Translations under genes and position numbers: made by a program
Shown: one piece after another, positions 27,638 to 43,305 of the stretch
Position numbering within the stretch: the first letter of the stretch is position 1
How the letters are laid out: every line of letters starts with the position of its first letter
The notes under the pieces: generated by a model
Seen by the model: the letters and a program-made list of their open reading frames with translations, nothing else
What the model was told of the DNA's origin: nothing
Database searches by the model: none
Origin: Trichinella spiralis
Taxonomy: Eukaryota
Direction of reading: 5' to 3'
NCBI RefSeq assembly: GCF_000181795.1
Contig: NW_003526943.1
Span: 9,036,849-9,100,848, forward strand
DNA: 64,000 nt

Positions 27638-28458
27638 ATAATACTTTTAATACACTGTGCTTCATTTCATTGTGCTGTTAAATTTTATGGTGATATTCTT
27701 TTCTGCATAAATATATGCTAAAATGAAATAAATAAATGTTTATTTTCAAAATTACATCTTTCATTGTGCAAAGTGTACCTCTTCATTTGTAAAAAGTGAC
27801 TACTAACTTATCACATTTATGAATAATAATCACAAGAATCATAATAATGATCATGAATAAAAATAAACTTTCATGACATATTTATATTAATTATTATTAT
27901 TATTATACCTCAATTAATAAGAGGATTAACAAACTGCTAAAATGATAAGAAAATATTGTTAATGAAATGCAAATAAAATCAGTGTTCTGTACAATAAACA
28001 GTTCGATGATGAAATTTCACTCTTATTGCACTGAAAATGAAGAAAAATTATTCTAAATGCAAATTATAAAATATCTGTTCACAAATGTAAAAATATTACT
28101 GAAATTTTGTAAAATTTTATTATAAAACTTTTTATCACAATGCATACCGTGTTCTGATTTTTATATGACAAACATTGGAATGATAATGACGTGTTTCACG
28201 TTTTCTTGAGCACTGGCATCAGTTTTACCGACTACGTTGTGTGTTAAGATAACGGTTCTTATCTGTACTGATTAAAATTCAGATTTAGCACATCAGAAAA
28301 GTAAACAGCACAGTGCAAGCAACAGCAATTGGTACACTTGCTAATGTACTGTGGGTATTACAGTCTTGCACTTGGTATAAAACGCCAATTTTAAAACTTT
28401 TCCGCTTTTTGGAAGTTTGTAAATGCTGCCTGCTTGCTTCAATATTTAATAAACGTCA

Positions 28459-30428
28459 ATGTTTTGTTCATCATTTTTATTTGTTAGCTTATTTATAATC
28501 AGTGGAACAGGAAATACTGTCCTTCTCAAGTGAGAACATTATCACTTAACTGAATAAATATCTCACATAATAATAATAATAATCTTTTTATTAAGATGGA
28601 TGGATGAAACATATGCACTGGAAAGAAAATTTTATCACCCCTATATGCAGGTTTGTATTTTTTAAAATTAATATATTGTATAAAATTTGTTTTTTGGATT
28701 AATAGGTTCTTTTCTCCTTTGTCGGAGAAAGCTTATGTCTTGTATGGTTCTGTGCTGTAGAAGGTGCAAAAAAGTTTAAAAACAAAGAATTGAATAAGAA
28801 ATCGTTGAAAAGCACTGAAAACAATGCTCAACTATTTGAAGCAAAATATATGATGCTGTTTATTCCAGCAGCTTTGGATTACATTGCAACTTCACTGAAT
28901 TTCATATCTCTCACAATGACCAGTGCCGGCAGTTATCAAATGCTCAGAGGTTCAGTAATTTATTATTAAACAAAATTATCAAATGCTTTATTAAACAAAA
29001 TTTTTATCAATTATTGCATAAATTTAGGATCCGTGATTATTTTTACCGGCTTATTGTCTGTTGGATTTCTTGGACGGTCATTGTCTATGGCAAAAGTATG
29101 CGGAATACTGCTTGTAACTTGTGGTCTTTTGACAGTCGGTTCAGCAGATGAAATTCAACAAACAAATGCAAATCAAAATCCGTCAGACAATGTACCAACA
29201 GATTGGAATAGAGTAAAATCAGGTAATTATGCATGTTTTTTAAAACAATATTCTTTAATTCTTTAATAAAAGTATAATATAACAATAAAAATTATGTTTT
29301 ATTTATTCATTTTTTATTTCCTTATTTTATTTTACAAGCAATTAATGAAACTTTAACAAATAGATTGTTTTCAAATAATTTTAGGTGACATATTGGTTAT
29401 TATTGCTCAAGTTATAAAAGCAATCCAGCTGACCTATGAAGAATATTTCATTATCAAGTATGATGTATCTCCGTTGGTAATGCTGTGCATTGAAGGTTTA
29501 TACGTCATAAAAAAAGTACCATACATTTATCTGCAAATTTAGGTCCTTTTGGTGTTTTACTTTCAACAGCTTTTTGCATTGGCTTTTATTTTGTGAAAGC
29601 ATCACCAATATTAACAAACGATCCTGATGGGCATTTAGAAAATCCTATGGAAATGTTCAATCAAATTTTTGATAATTGCATACTGCTTGTGCCAATTATT
29701 TGTAAGTTAAGATAAATTAACGCTTGCTTAAAGGTACAATTCTAAAATTAAAATTTAATGAAAACGTCAATACCTTTTTGATTAATTTATTAAAACATGA
29801 AATATTTTAATTACTTATAAAATATAAATTAAAATTACTTGCTACTTTTGATTATTTTTACATTTTCTTTCATTGTACATTTTAGCATTTATATTCACTT
29901 ACGCCGCGAGCAGCTTCTTTGGCACAACTGTAATGAAAAGATATGGCGCAACTACAAGACAAGTCGTTGATGCAGCGCGAACATTTTCAGTATGGATGGT
30001 ATCCATATTTTGCAAGTGGCAAACTTTCAACATTATACAAGTAATAAATATATTTTAAAATTAAAATATTATCAATTTATAAATATACAATAATCCAGTA
30101 TATATTATTGATTTATAAAACCATTTAAGTATTAATGCAATAAATCTATTGTTAATTATATTTTATTTTTCTTAATAATAAAATATTCGTTGCAGTTAAA
30201 TTTTTACATTTATTTTCTAATTTTCATGTTCTTTAATTTACATAGCTTGCTGGATTTTTCATCGTCATGCTGGGAATTGGCTTTTATCATGAATTCAGAA
30301 TAACATACTGCATCAAGAGAATGAAAGAAATGCTTTCTAAAACAGATAAATTTGAAGAAAAATCTTCTCTAACAGAATCTTTACCTTTGCAATTTCACTA
30401 CCAATCAGTCTTTCGAGTGAAAACTTAA
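28459..30428 (+). CDS. SLC35F6 (C2orf18)-like DMT-family transporter, divergent copy; 8 exons 28459-28529, 28596-28650, 28706-28949, 29028-29222, 29385-29495, 29543-29701, 29886-30040, 30246-30428
   Basis: SGTGNTVLLKW, FYHPYMQV.FSFVGE, SAGSYQMLRGSVIIFTGLLSV.FL, GATTRQVVDAAR; canonical GT-AG junctions keep the frame open. Confidence 0.85.
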
Positions 30429-30521
30429 AAAATCATATCTCACGTCTTTGAAAAGTTTTAATATCATAAACATTAAGGCAAAATATAATAAAACCAATTT
30501 AATTTGAAATTCAGCCTTTTA

Positions 30522-33224
30522 TCAGTCAAAATTATTAGAATTCTGCAAACGCTTCATTCGTTCAGAACGTACTGTCTCTTGAATAGCAATCATTTTTTGT
30601 CTAGCTCTTTGAAATACTTCAAGAACTCTTAGTACACTGCTGCTAAATCCCAGTTGTGTCCTAAAACTAACATAATGTGAAATATGAAATTCACAAGTGA
30701 AATTTTAAAAATTACCTTGTATCATAAAGCAAAGATCCGTACCGGGATATATTATTTCGAATGAGATTTCTAATTAAATATAAAGTTTAAAAATATCATT
30801 AAAACTAAAATATGATGAACATACCTGCACTGATGAATTGAATAAAACTTTAATTTAACAGAACCAGAAGAAACTGTGCGGAAACCATACTTACTAAGAA
30901 TGCGTTCACCCTAAAATAATTTTGCTTGCAGTATGAAAATTCGAATACAGCTTTATGAATGTTTTGTATTTTACATACAAAGAAAGTATAAACATATGAA
31001 ATAAAGTGTAATACTTCGAATGATTTCGCATAACGGCAACAAAGGACATCTTCAAGTTCGAAAGATCCACCAATAAAAAAACGTCTCAAGTTTGAAACCA
31101 CATCTTCAGCAGGCCTCCATGTATTCACAATGTGTTCCGAAATTCCTGAATGTAAAATTATAAAAACATAACACCATAACATACTGTAGCAAAACAGTAC
31201 CTGGATCAGCAGGCAATGACATATATCCATATCCTTCCAAACGATAACGATTATATGTGTCTAACGACATCACAGTTAAAAATAACTGTGGCCACATTGG
31301 ATAATCTAAAACCATTTTTAAACTCTAATAAAATGGATTCAGTTGTAAAAATTTGTTTTCAAATAATATTTTATTTGTTCTTTTATTAACAGATTAAATT
31401 TTAAAAATTTAAAAATCTGTTCAACTACCTTCAGATACATAATAGTAGTCCAAATCCAGACACAATTCCAATTCAATTGGAAAAGCAAAATATGCAGAAC
31501 GTCCATTATTCTACAATGATAATAAAAACAAAATGTAAGTTAATCATTTCAAAAAAATTTTATACTTACACGAATATTTTTGACCAAGCATGTTTGAGTC
31601 ACCCCGGACGTCTTGTCGGATTTACACACCCAACCTAAAATAAAAGTGTTTACTCTTAATTTTGAAAAGTTTTATTTACCTTTCGGAATATCAAGAAAAT
31701 AATGAACCAATAAATGACTATATTCAAAGTCTTCAGCAGAAGCTAAAATTGAAAAACATAATCAGCAAGTCTAGTCAAACGATGAACAACATATCACATA
31801 CTAATTTCACCATAATAAACAATTCGTAGAGAACGTTTCTGTGGAAAATCAAATTCTGAAGATTCATACAGCTTGTTTGTTGAATATTTTTCGTGACTCT
31901 CAAATCAAAATACAGTAAAAATGTCATATGCAACGTCAAACAAAGTTACATTTATCAAGAAAAATAAAACCATATCACTAAATAATATGAATTAAAATAA
32001 TCATACTATGCTACTATATTGTCAACTATGCTATGATTAATGAATAATTTCTTGTACAACAATATTGATTCATTTTTAAAAACTCCTTAATATACGTTTT
32101 TTACTAAATCAGTATTGATAAAAATATTTACCTCATCAAAAGATTTCTTCAATAAATTCAGTTCTAAATCAGCAGGTAAGACAGTAATATCAGAAAGGCA
32201 TTCGACTGTATATTGAAAAAAGCCAGTCCGACTATGAATTTCATATGGTTTTTTTGTTTGATAATTAAAATCTGGCATCACACGAAGATATCTGCCGTTA
32301 ATGAGTTGAATTGTACACAATAAAAACTCGTCTTCAATTTTATGCTTTTCAGCGAGTTCTTCTCCAAGATAAGCCATTATTTTCATCTCTTGAGTTGAAT
32401 ATACCTGCAAATGCTGCTCTTTAATCTTTTCTCTCGTTGGCATTTCTATCACTGGCTTCTGCAAATATGCAAATCTAAACAAATACTGTGGTTTGTAACA
32501 GTAAAACATACATATAGTGAATGCAATGAATGAACCTGGATACAGTGGGAGCAATTCGGCAGTGCTTAAACTGTGGTTTCCGTTCATTAACATTTTTTGC
32601 TTGAACTGAACTCTGTAAGAAAGTAAAAAAAAATAAAATATTAAACTTATCTCCAAAAGTACTTTCTCAGCGCTTGAAAAGCAAAATCCATCAATTCGGC
32701 TAAATAGCCTATTTGTTCTTCGATCACTAAAACCACTTTCACACAGTGGACCTTGAGATCTTTGTGCAGCTTCTTCTATTTCCCTCTAAACACTTTCATG
32801 TAATTAATTTAATTTTTTATTTTTAATTCTTTTACTATTTATTTCATATGTTTAAATAAATATAATCGAGTTCCTGCAAAAATTATATCAGATGTTACTT
32901 ATGAACCTATAACTCTCACTTACCTGACTGTACTGCTTCTCAAGCCAAGAAAATGTGTATTCTTCAAAACGACATTGCGCACTGTCAGATTCATTTGCTT
33001 TTTCCTGTAAAATTTCTGGAAGATCGAGCAAATTTATTCCATTTGAGCTACTGGATAATTTATCTTTCACCGCCAAGGACTCATCAACTTTGCTCAGTCG
33101 AACTCTTAAATTTTTTTAAAATTATTTTTCTGAACTAAATAACCACCTTTTCAGCTTCTTGCCTAATTTTAAAATCTTTAATTGGTTCATGAACATGATA
33201 AAACCACGAGCCGTGGCGTTCCAT
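30522..33224 (-). CDS. MKS1: MKS1, B9/C2-domain ciliary transition-zone protein, multi-exon (first exons 33224-33163 and 33104-32924; stop 30524-30522)
   Basis: N-term EPIKDFKIRVRL, FSWLEKQYSQ; B9 domain WPQLFLTVMSLDTYNRYRLEGYGYMSLPADPG...TWRP...LRRFFIGGSFELED; C-term ILSKYGFRTVSSG...VLEVFQRARQKM. Confidence 0.88.
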
Positions 33225-33246
33225 AGTTTGATATTATTATGCTTTC

Positions 33247-33259
33247 GTTGCTATGCAAC
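33247..33259. promoter_or_regulatory. Candidate X-box (RFX/DAF-19 site) upstream of MKS1
   Basis: Near-palindrome GTTGCTATGCAAC (minus strand GTTGCATAGCAAC), 22 nt upstream of the MKS1 ATG, resembling GTNRCC(N0-3)RGYAAC. Confidence 0.55.
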
Positions 33260-33636
33260 AGATGTATTACTGTACTTTTCAATTGCTCTAATTATACATG
33301 ATTATCATAAACTGTCAAACTGAAAAATCGAAACTTTTATATGAATTTTAATCATGTGAAATTCATGTTTACTCCATAATAGTTTCTGTACAAATGAAAA
33401 ATGCAGATACGTTTCAAGATGAAAACTGACATTAATTGAAAAAATAAAATACCAATTAAACAAACAGTATTGATTTGCGATATCGCAATGCTCAAATCTC
33501 ACTTTTAATGCTTTCACTGATAGTACAAACTTATAATTTTCTTTTGATGAATTTCTAAAATCAACTTCGTTAATACATGCAAAACCCTAGTCGAGATAAA
33601 ATCGTTTAATTGATACAATTTTCAATCTGTAAAGCA

Positions 33637-35360
<1,724 letters not shown>

Positions 35361-38001
35361 TGTTATACAATGAGCCCTTTATTACAACCAAAGTTAAACA
35401 GTGGAACACGTCACTACTGAACCTCAATAAGATATTCACGTACAATTTAATATAGTATGCAGTTACCGTAAGCTTTTTATACTACCATGTATATTTTTAA
35501 CGTATTAACATATCCCAATACATGGAACTGTAACACATTTTGCAACACTGTATAAAAATTTCTTAAATGACATTTTTTGCTTCATGCATGTATAAATAAT
35601 AGGAAGAAATTAACAATTTTGTACTGTTTAATTTAGTTGTTTAATTGCTCTTGTTAAGGTTCTCTGTAAGTATTTTATTTTTAACATGAATAAAGCATGT
35701 TTTCCATATTATATTGTTATTCTCTAACCTCTGTTGTTCACTCTGGCTTAGAAATATTCATTTACTTTCAATATTCGGTTTTTTATTGTAGAAAAGATGC
35801 TTTAAACTAGTTTTCTCAGTGTAAAACTCACTTTCACAGTGTAAGAAATGTTATTTATTAAATTGTTGATTACTAAAATAAATTAATAAGAAAGTATCAT
35901 ACATCTAGAATTGTTTTAACAAACAGTTTTCTGTATTTTTGTTTTTAGCTATTTTTCTTTGAATAAGGAGCATAGAAGTAAATACATTTGCAGTTTCTTA
36001 TGAGTTATTCCACAAATAAGCGACGAACAGTGCTTAATTGTTTCTTTTCTGAAGGTATTTTAAAATTTCTTTCAATTTTTGATTCATTAAGAATATAATC
36101 GAGCCATAAATACGTTAATAATTTATTTATTTCTGTCTTAGTTGAATGAACAATTCATAAAGTTATTAATTAAAATGTTTTTACTTTTTCCGTTTGAAAT
36201 TTTTTCAACATATGTACTACTATGTGATATTTTCTGCTTCAGACATTAAAAGTCATTCATTTTATTATTCATCTGAAGTATATGGCACAGACAAATTAAA
36301 ATCCCTCGAAAAGAATTAATCTTAATTTTCATTATCACCACAGCTTTAATGGCATTTGTATTTAACACGAATGACATAACTTTAATATTATTGAAAAATT
36401 TTAAGACAAACTATTTATCATTTTCAATTTTAACCCTAGATGATTGTTTTAGGAAAATTAGATTTTTGACAATGTCATAACCTTACCCTCATTGCATAGT
36501 AGTACATTACAGTAAGGATATTACTCATGCGTTAAAAATTTGCAGTGCTCAAACGTTTTCTGTCAAAGATTTATTCTTTTATAAAATTGCGCGTACTTTG
36601 CATAAATTTAATTAATATTGCGTAGAAGGTAATGCAAAGATTTGCACGAGCATGTGAATATTGTAAAAGAAAATTAATTTTTATTCGTCCATTTTTTAAT
36701 TACTTGTTTACTAGCAATACGTATTATTATTTAACATTAATTACTGCTTCTATATTGAAATGAAATAGAATGGATTGTACAGAAATTGAAAAATAATGCT
36801 ACTGCATGCAATGCAATCTTGCAAAACTGTTGCATTGGATTTGCATTTTATTTGAAACTTTGATCTCAAGCGTAAAAGCAGTATTATGATTGGCTGTATT
36901 TTAATATTTCAGGCAACATATAAGATATCAATTTCAATAGTTGCTTTTGTAAAGCTTTGTCGTGGAATCGTAAAGTTCTTAGGTCACAACAGAACTGCAA
37001 AGATGCCATTCAGTATTTTTGCTTTCCTAAATCGATAGCATTGTTTCAGATATTGGCTGCAAAGCAGGCAACATGGACGCCGAGCCGCTGCTTGTTTCAG
37101 TAAGTAAAGTTTGTTTAGCTTATCAAATGTTGTTTCAACGAATTATTCTGCTCAGTAGGGCAGTTGTTGCGCAATTGATGAATCATGAAGAAAATTGTAA
37201 ATTGAGCAGCAATTTTATCATTGCGAAATATTAATGTTGAAAAAATTTCAATTTCAATAATTGTTATTATTGTGCTATTCAAAGAAAAAAAACGACAAAC
37301 TTGTCGTTGACAAGTGAATAATTGAAATTAGTTATCTTATTTTTGGAATAACAGTTGCATTTTTTTTCAGTGTTACTGAACTGAATTTTTTTTATTTTCG
37401 TACAATAATTCGAACGGTCACAATGTTCAACGTTGATGCGAGCTGATTTAAAATTAGGATACTGTATCATGAAAAAAAAATAAAAATGTATAAAATTTGA
37501 AATGTGTTGACAACACAAAAGGGAAAATAATCTTAAAAAAATATTTTATTTATTAATTTGTTTTTTCTTGAATATTTTGCATTATGTGATGAAATTTAAA
37601 ATGAAAATTAATTTTTTAAACTAGTTTTAATGTTTGTATGTTTTTTTTTCTTCTAAAGAAGAAGGTAATGTTTTTCTGTTCTGCAATGACTATTATTTCT
37701 GTATAAATTTTCAGCTCATATTTGTCAACAGTGTTGTAATTTAAGGGAACAGGGAAAGGAAAACAAATTTTTGGGACTAAAATTTCTTTACACCATTTAT
37801 CAGTCAGAGTGCTTTGTTAGTTGTCAGATTAAACGTTTTCACAAGTGTCAGTTGGTGATTTGAATTCTGTTTGTCCGTCCTATAGTTGTGACGTTTTTAT
37901 TCAACCAAAATTACACTGCTTTACACTAGCAAAAAGCATATATTGTTGTTGTTGTTGTTTACTTTATTGTTTAGACTATCCCAGAGTCAGATTTGCCTGC
38001 A

Positions 38002-39073
38002 ATGGCCAATTCGGAAAACGGTTGGACCAAGTATCAAGTTTTTTTAGCCTTCCTGATGGTCATCACTGGTACTTTGAATACTTTAGCTGCAAAGTAATTG
38101 ATATTCATCATCATCTTATTATTATTACTATTAATTTCATTCCCTTTTCAGATGGGCCGATATGATGTACGGACTTGGACGACCGTTCAATCATCCATTT
38201 TTTCAAGTGAACAAGTGACAATTTAAAATAGTTAAAAAGTTGTTGTACTTTTAAATTTTAGGCTCTTCTCATGTTTGTCGGTGAATTTGCATGTTTGCCA
38301 GCTTTTTTCCTAATCGAACATTGCTGGAAACGGACAAAATTCTCTCGTTCTTTCGAAGTGACGTCGGATAACGATAAACTTGTGGACAGGCAAAAATTTA
38401 ATTTTTTGATTTTTCTCCCGGCCACTTTGTGCGACATGACTGCAACATCGATCATGTATATTGGCTTGACTATGACTAACGCATCCAGCTTTCAAATGCT
38501 AAGAGGTAAAATTTATTTCACATTTTTTTTGTTTTGTTTTTAAATTTAATATTGGACCAAATTTTGTTTTTTAGATTATGCACCCGTTCAATTTTTTCAC
38601 ATTAAAATCAATTTCTCAACAGTTTACCTGTGCACAAGTGTTTTATTTGTTATTTACCGTTATTATAGGTGCGACGGTTATTTTCACCGGCATATTTTCT
38701 GTTGCTTTCCTTGGCATGACATTGGCTGTATTCAAATGGATTGGAATGTTTTTGGTTCTGTGTGGATTGATTGTTGTTGGTGTTTCGGATATGATGTTCA
38801 GTTCGACCAGTGCGGAAATATCTGATCCGAATAGAATGATTTCAGGTAATTCCGTTATTTCTATTATACAAACAACATTAATTAATTATATTTTAGGTGA
38901 TTTATTAATTGTAATTGCACAGATTGTCATAGCGTTGCAGATGGTGTACGAGCAGAAATTTATCAGCAAATACAATGTTGCTCCAATGTTAGCAGTTGGA
39001 TTGGAAGGTAAGCAGAGTTTTTTTTTCGATTGAAATTGTTTTTGTAAAATGTGATTAAAATTTGGAATAAATA

Positions 39074-39113
<40 letters not shown>

Positions 39114-39696
39114 TAGGACTTTTTGGTGTAATTTTGATGACGGTTGTTTGCATTTGTTTTTATTGGATTAAAGTACCAGCTACATTTTCAACAGATCCCG
39201 ATGGTCGTCTGGAAAACGTGTTAGATGCTGTACATCAAATTGAGGACAACATGCTAATTTTACTTCCAATAATAGGTACATTTCATTTGATTTGTGACTG
39301 TTTTATTTTGTCGTTTAAAATAATCCATTTACCCGTATATATAGGATTGATTGTCAGTATTGCTTTTTTCAACTTCGCTGGAATAAGTGTTACTAAAGAG
39401 ATGAATGCAACTACAAGGATGGTTCTCGATTCAGTTCGTGTATTTTTTATTTGGGGCGTTTCGTTGATTGCAGGTTGGCAGTCGTTTGTACTGTTGCAGG
39501 TAGAGAAAAATGACAATCATTTTTGGCACTCTGCTTTTTATCAATTTTCTTATTTATACAATAGCTTGGAGGTTTCGCCATTTTATTGATCGGAATGTTC
39601 GTCTACAACAATATTTTTTTCCATCCCATGTACTTGAAGTTGAAAGAAAAATGGCATCGCTCTGCTCCAGCTACGGATAATAATAGCATTGCTTGA
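38002..39696 (+). CDS. SLC35F6: SLC35F6 (C2orf18)-like transporter, conserved copy; 8 exons 38002-38093, 38152-38206, 38262-38505, 38669-38845, 38897-39007, 39117-39275, 39345-39499, 39565-39696
   Basis: WTKYQVFLAFLMVITGTLNTLAAKWAD, FNHPFFQALLMFVGE, ASSFQMLRG, AFFNFAGISVTKEMNATTRMVLDSVR. Confidence 0.92.
39078..39108. repeat. (TA)n microsatellite in a SLC35F6 intron
   Basis: Uninterrupted tatata run. Confidence 0.9.
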
Positions 39697-40891
39697 ATTT
39701 TATTTTACAGCTTGCATGTTTCTTCTTGGGCGTGGATCCGGTGTTCTTTTCAGTGATACATTTTGTGAAGTTGAAAGCATTTGTCTTGTTGGATAAATAA
39801 TTGTTGTCAGTATCGGAATGTCCGTTTCAAGAAAACAATTTTTGAGCATTTCCTGTGAAGAGGGAACTTTCATAATTACTGATTCACTAGCAAGATGAAA
39901 TAATGTCTATTTCAGTTCTTCATACTATCCCATATGAACGTCTGCTGATATGCATTTACCTTATAAAAATCACTTTTCTTTATCAAATGATGCAAATTTT
40001 TAAAAAATAGTTATATTATTCACAAAAATACATGAAACTGTAAACTGTAGACAGAGTAAATAAAGAAGTATACTTAGGCACTTGGCAAGATGTTACACTC
40101 ATATGAGCAATCCAAGCAATAGCAAGAAGAATACCAGCTATGAAACTTGAATGAATTCAAGTATATCGCTCTTAACCGAAATGCTTCGTGTAGTGTTGCT
40201 GTGATTTACCTAAAAATTTATTGCACTTGCAACATATTTTAATGGGTAGGTTGGAAGATCTGTAATGAACAAGTCGAAGCCAACCAACCAATACCATTAC
40301 ATTACAACATTACCAATACGTAAGGTGAATATAAAATATCACTTAGCATCCACCAAGTTGAGCAACAAAGTAAAACCCCGGCAGTACTTTTATGCCATTT
40401 TATTTAAGTTAAAAATTAAGTTTTTCTCTGTTGTAACTCAATTCTTAAATTTTTATACTGTAATTTAAAGATAATTAAGTATTACAACAGTTATTTTCAA
40501 ATGTCCATTCTGCTTTCGTTTCAAATATTACATTTTACTTGAAAATGTCGATACATTTAATCTAATATTTGTTTTTCCTTAAGCAATTTACCTTCTTCTG
40601 AGCATAAATAAAATCAATTCACAAACATGACTGCAATAACAGGCATAGTAATGCATAACAATGTGTTGTAGAAATATCAATGAGTATTCATATAAAAAAA
40701 TTATTTTTTCTAGTAAAAATGTGAAGATTATGCAACAAAATGCTCAGATTTCATCGTAATGTTGGTTTACCTTCCTTTTAAATATTGTATCAAAAAATAA
40801 TCAACTTAAAAATTAAAAAATTTCGATCCCACTTTATCAAGCAAACTTGTATCAGTGTTTTTTCCAAAAAAATTTATTTAATCAGTTTAAA

Positions 40892-42598
40892 TTATGGCAG
40901 ATAAAGTTCTCTTTCTGCAGGCAGCACTTTGAAATATTTATCAATATCTTCTTCTGTAACTTCTTCGAGTGTTCCAGGGATCCATTTCGGCGTTTTATCC
41001 TTGTCCAACAGCGCTATTTAATTGAACAACATTTAATAAATTTGACCAATAAAATATTTCAACACTGATGCTACCTGCTCGTATCCCTTCAGTCAAATCG
41101 TGCTCCTTAATACACCGTTGGGAAATGCGATATTCCATTTGGAAGCATTCACGAAATTCCAACCACATACCTGTTCTCAGCTGTCGCAGGGTAATTTTTA
41201 ATGAAGTTGGTGACTGAAATAAACAATCAGTCACTGACAAAATGCAATTTAAAAAAAAATACCATTTTTTTCATGGTTTCCAGGCATTCTGTAGCCCACT
41301 GCGAGCCATCTTCCTTCAATTTATGGAACAATTCTTCAACAGTTGCTACAGAAAATAATTTCTCAATTTTCGGCAGACAAAAATTTAAACAAAATTCACG
41401 ATCTGATGTGATACTCTTGAAATGAAAAAAAGAAGATTCATTTTTTCTTCAAGTAAAAAAAATAATAGTTTTTTAATACCTTTCTGTGATAACTGTCTAA
41501 AATTGTTTTGATTGAGCAAGAATTAATTTCTTTGGCGTTGATCAATTCAGATTGCAACTCTGGCATCTGAAAAATTAAATAAGCAAATAAAAAAAATGGA
41601 AAACAAAAATAATTTTTCAATTACCCATTTGCTTTGTACATAATGCGTCGCAATGCCAGCTTCAAACACATCTTCACCACTCAGTCGTGCCCCCGTAAGA
41701 CCCAAATAAAATCCTAGCTTGTTTTTTAATCGAGGAAGGAAAAAACTGCCACCAACATCAGGAAACAATCCTAAATTCTACACATGTAAAGAATGAGGTA
41801 ATAATCAAATATTTAATTAAAACCGATTGCTGTTTCTGGCATGGCAAACACCGTCCGTTCAGTTGCAACTCGAAATGTACCGTGCACAGACAAGCCAACT
41901 CCCTAAAACATGAAAAAAATAATAATAAGATCATACATTGAAAATATATACAAAAAAACATAAAAATATATGCAATTAGTCGTGTACAAATGCATACTCA
42001 CTCCTCCCATGACAATGCCGTCGATGAGCGAAACAAATGGCACTCGAAACTTGCCAATTAAATAATTGAGTTTATATTCTTCACGGAAAAATTCTTCCAC
42101 TAAGCCGTCATTGTTTTTGATGGAAAGTGCAAGCGCTGTCAACAAAAAAAATTACCTTTAAACCAAGCGACTCTTTTAAAAAACTACGTGGAAACCTCGA
42201 ATATCACCACCAGCGCAGAAGGCCTTATTACCGGCTCCTTTAAGAATAACCATTTTGGTGGAGTTGTCAGTGTTTGTTTTCTAAAACATAAATTATACGA
42301 ACAAAATGGAAATTTTAAATGGCAAAAAATACTTTCAGTTTTTCGAACATCATCTTAGCCATATTAATATTCAGTGCGTTCAAAGCGGTAGGGCGATTCA
42401 ACGTAACCAATAACTTTCCATTCGATTCGTGGAACAATACTTCAGATGCTGATTGACATAAGCTTCGCGTAGCAGATATCCACTTAAATGGCGACAATTA
42501 ATTGATTCCAGGAATTTAAAAATACAGTCATTTACAGATATTGAAAGTTTCTTCGCAAATGTGAAGTGCTTATTCAAAAAAGCTGCCATCGTTGACAT
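40892..42598 (-). CDS. HIBCH: 3-hydroxyisobutyryl-CoA hydrolase, mitochondrial (crotonase superfamily), multi-exon
   Basis: [92 protein letters not shown]. Confidence 0.93.
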
Positions 42599-42809
42599 CA
42601 GCTAAATACCAGACTACCAATTAATTGTTAAAATGATCAACAGCTCGCTTGGTAATTGTAGTGGTACAGTAAAGCATCAACATCTCGAACTTGATTACTT
42701 TATACATACAGACTACCTTGTTCTAAAGCTGTTGTTGACTTTTGCGTTGGGCTGCGTTCCATATGATGGAGCTTAATTGTTCTGAGCGTTTCATTGCAAT
42801 TTATTAGCT

Positions 42810-43305
42810 ATTATAAACGAGACGCTTACTCTTAACAAATTCAATGTCAGTCCCAAAGCCATAAATGTTAGAAGAGAATGGAAATTCTGGTTTCTTAAAT
42901 TTTGTTGAACTTGCCTGTTTATTTAACTGCATCCACCTTTGAATATGTGAAATATTGCAAGAGTTATGACGAAGTGATAATAAAACTGAACGAAGTTTAT
43001 ATTAAATTGAAGAATGTAATTTTCGCAAGCTATGGATTTATCTATAAACGAAGATTATGCGCTCCAACGAATGAGTAAGAAGTGCGAGTAGAAAATGTCA
43101 CTGTAGAACAACATCGAGAAGCAATGATTCGCGACATTTTCATAAACAGTGTGAAAACTTACGAAATATGCACGTGACTTTTGGAATATACTGAACTAGC
43201 TTTTCAAGAAGCTATCAGGAAGGCTGTGCAACAGCAGACATCGCATTGCACGTTCTCCAAAACGCACGCGCTGATGTTCTTATCGGACAAGATATCTTAG
43301 AGAAC
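42810..43305 (+). mobile_element. Degenerate Ty3/Gypsy gag and protease fragment
   Basis: Frameshifted and stop-interrupted translation: KFNVSPKA..VRREWKFW, KSYDEVIIKLNEVY, VTVEQHREAMIRDIFINS...LLEYTELAFQEAIRKA, then LHVLQNARADVLIGQDIL (retropepsin C-terminal-like). Confidence 0.6.

Noticed and set aside
39702..39910. Minus-strand ~68-codon open stretch (MKVPSSQ...QAVK) ending next to the SLC35F6 stop
   Set aside because: Candidate upstream exons contain stops in the needed frame; no homology; overlaps the probable SLC35F6 3' UTR
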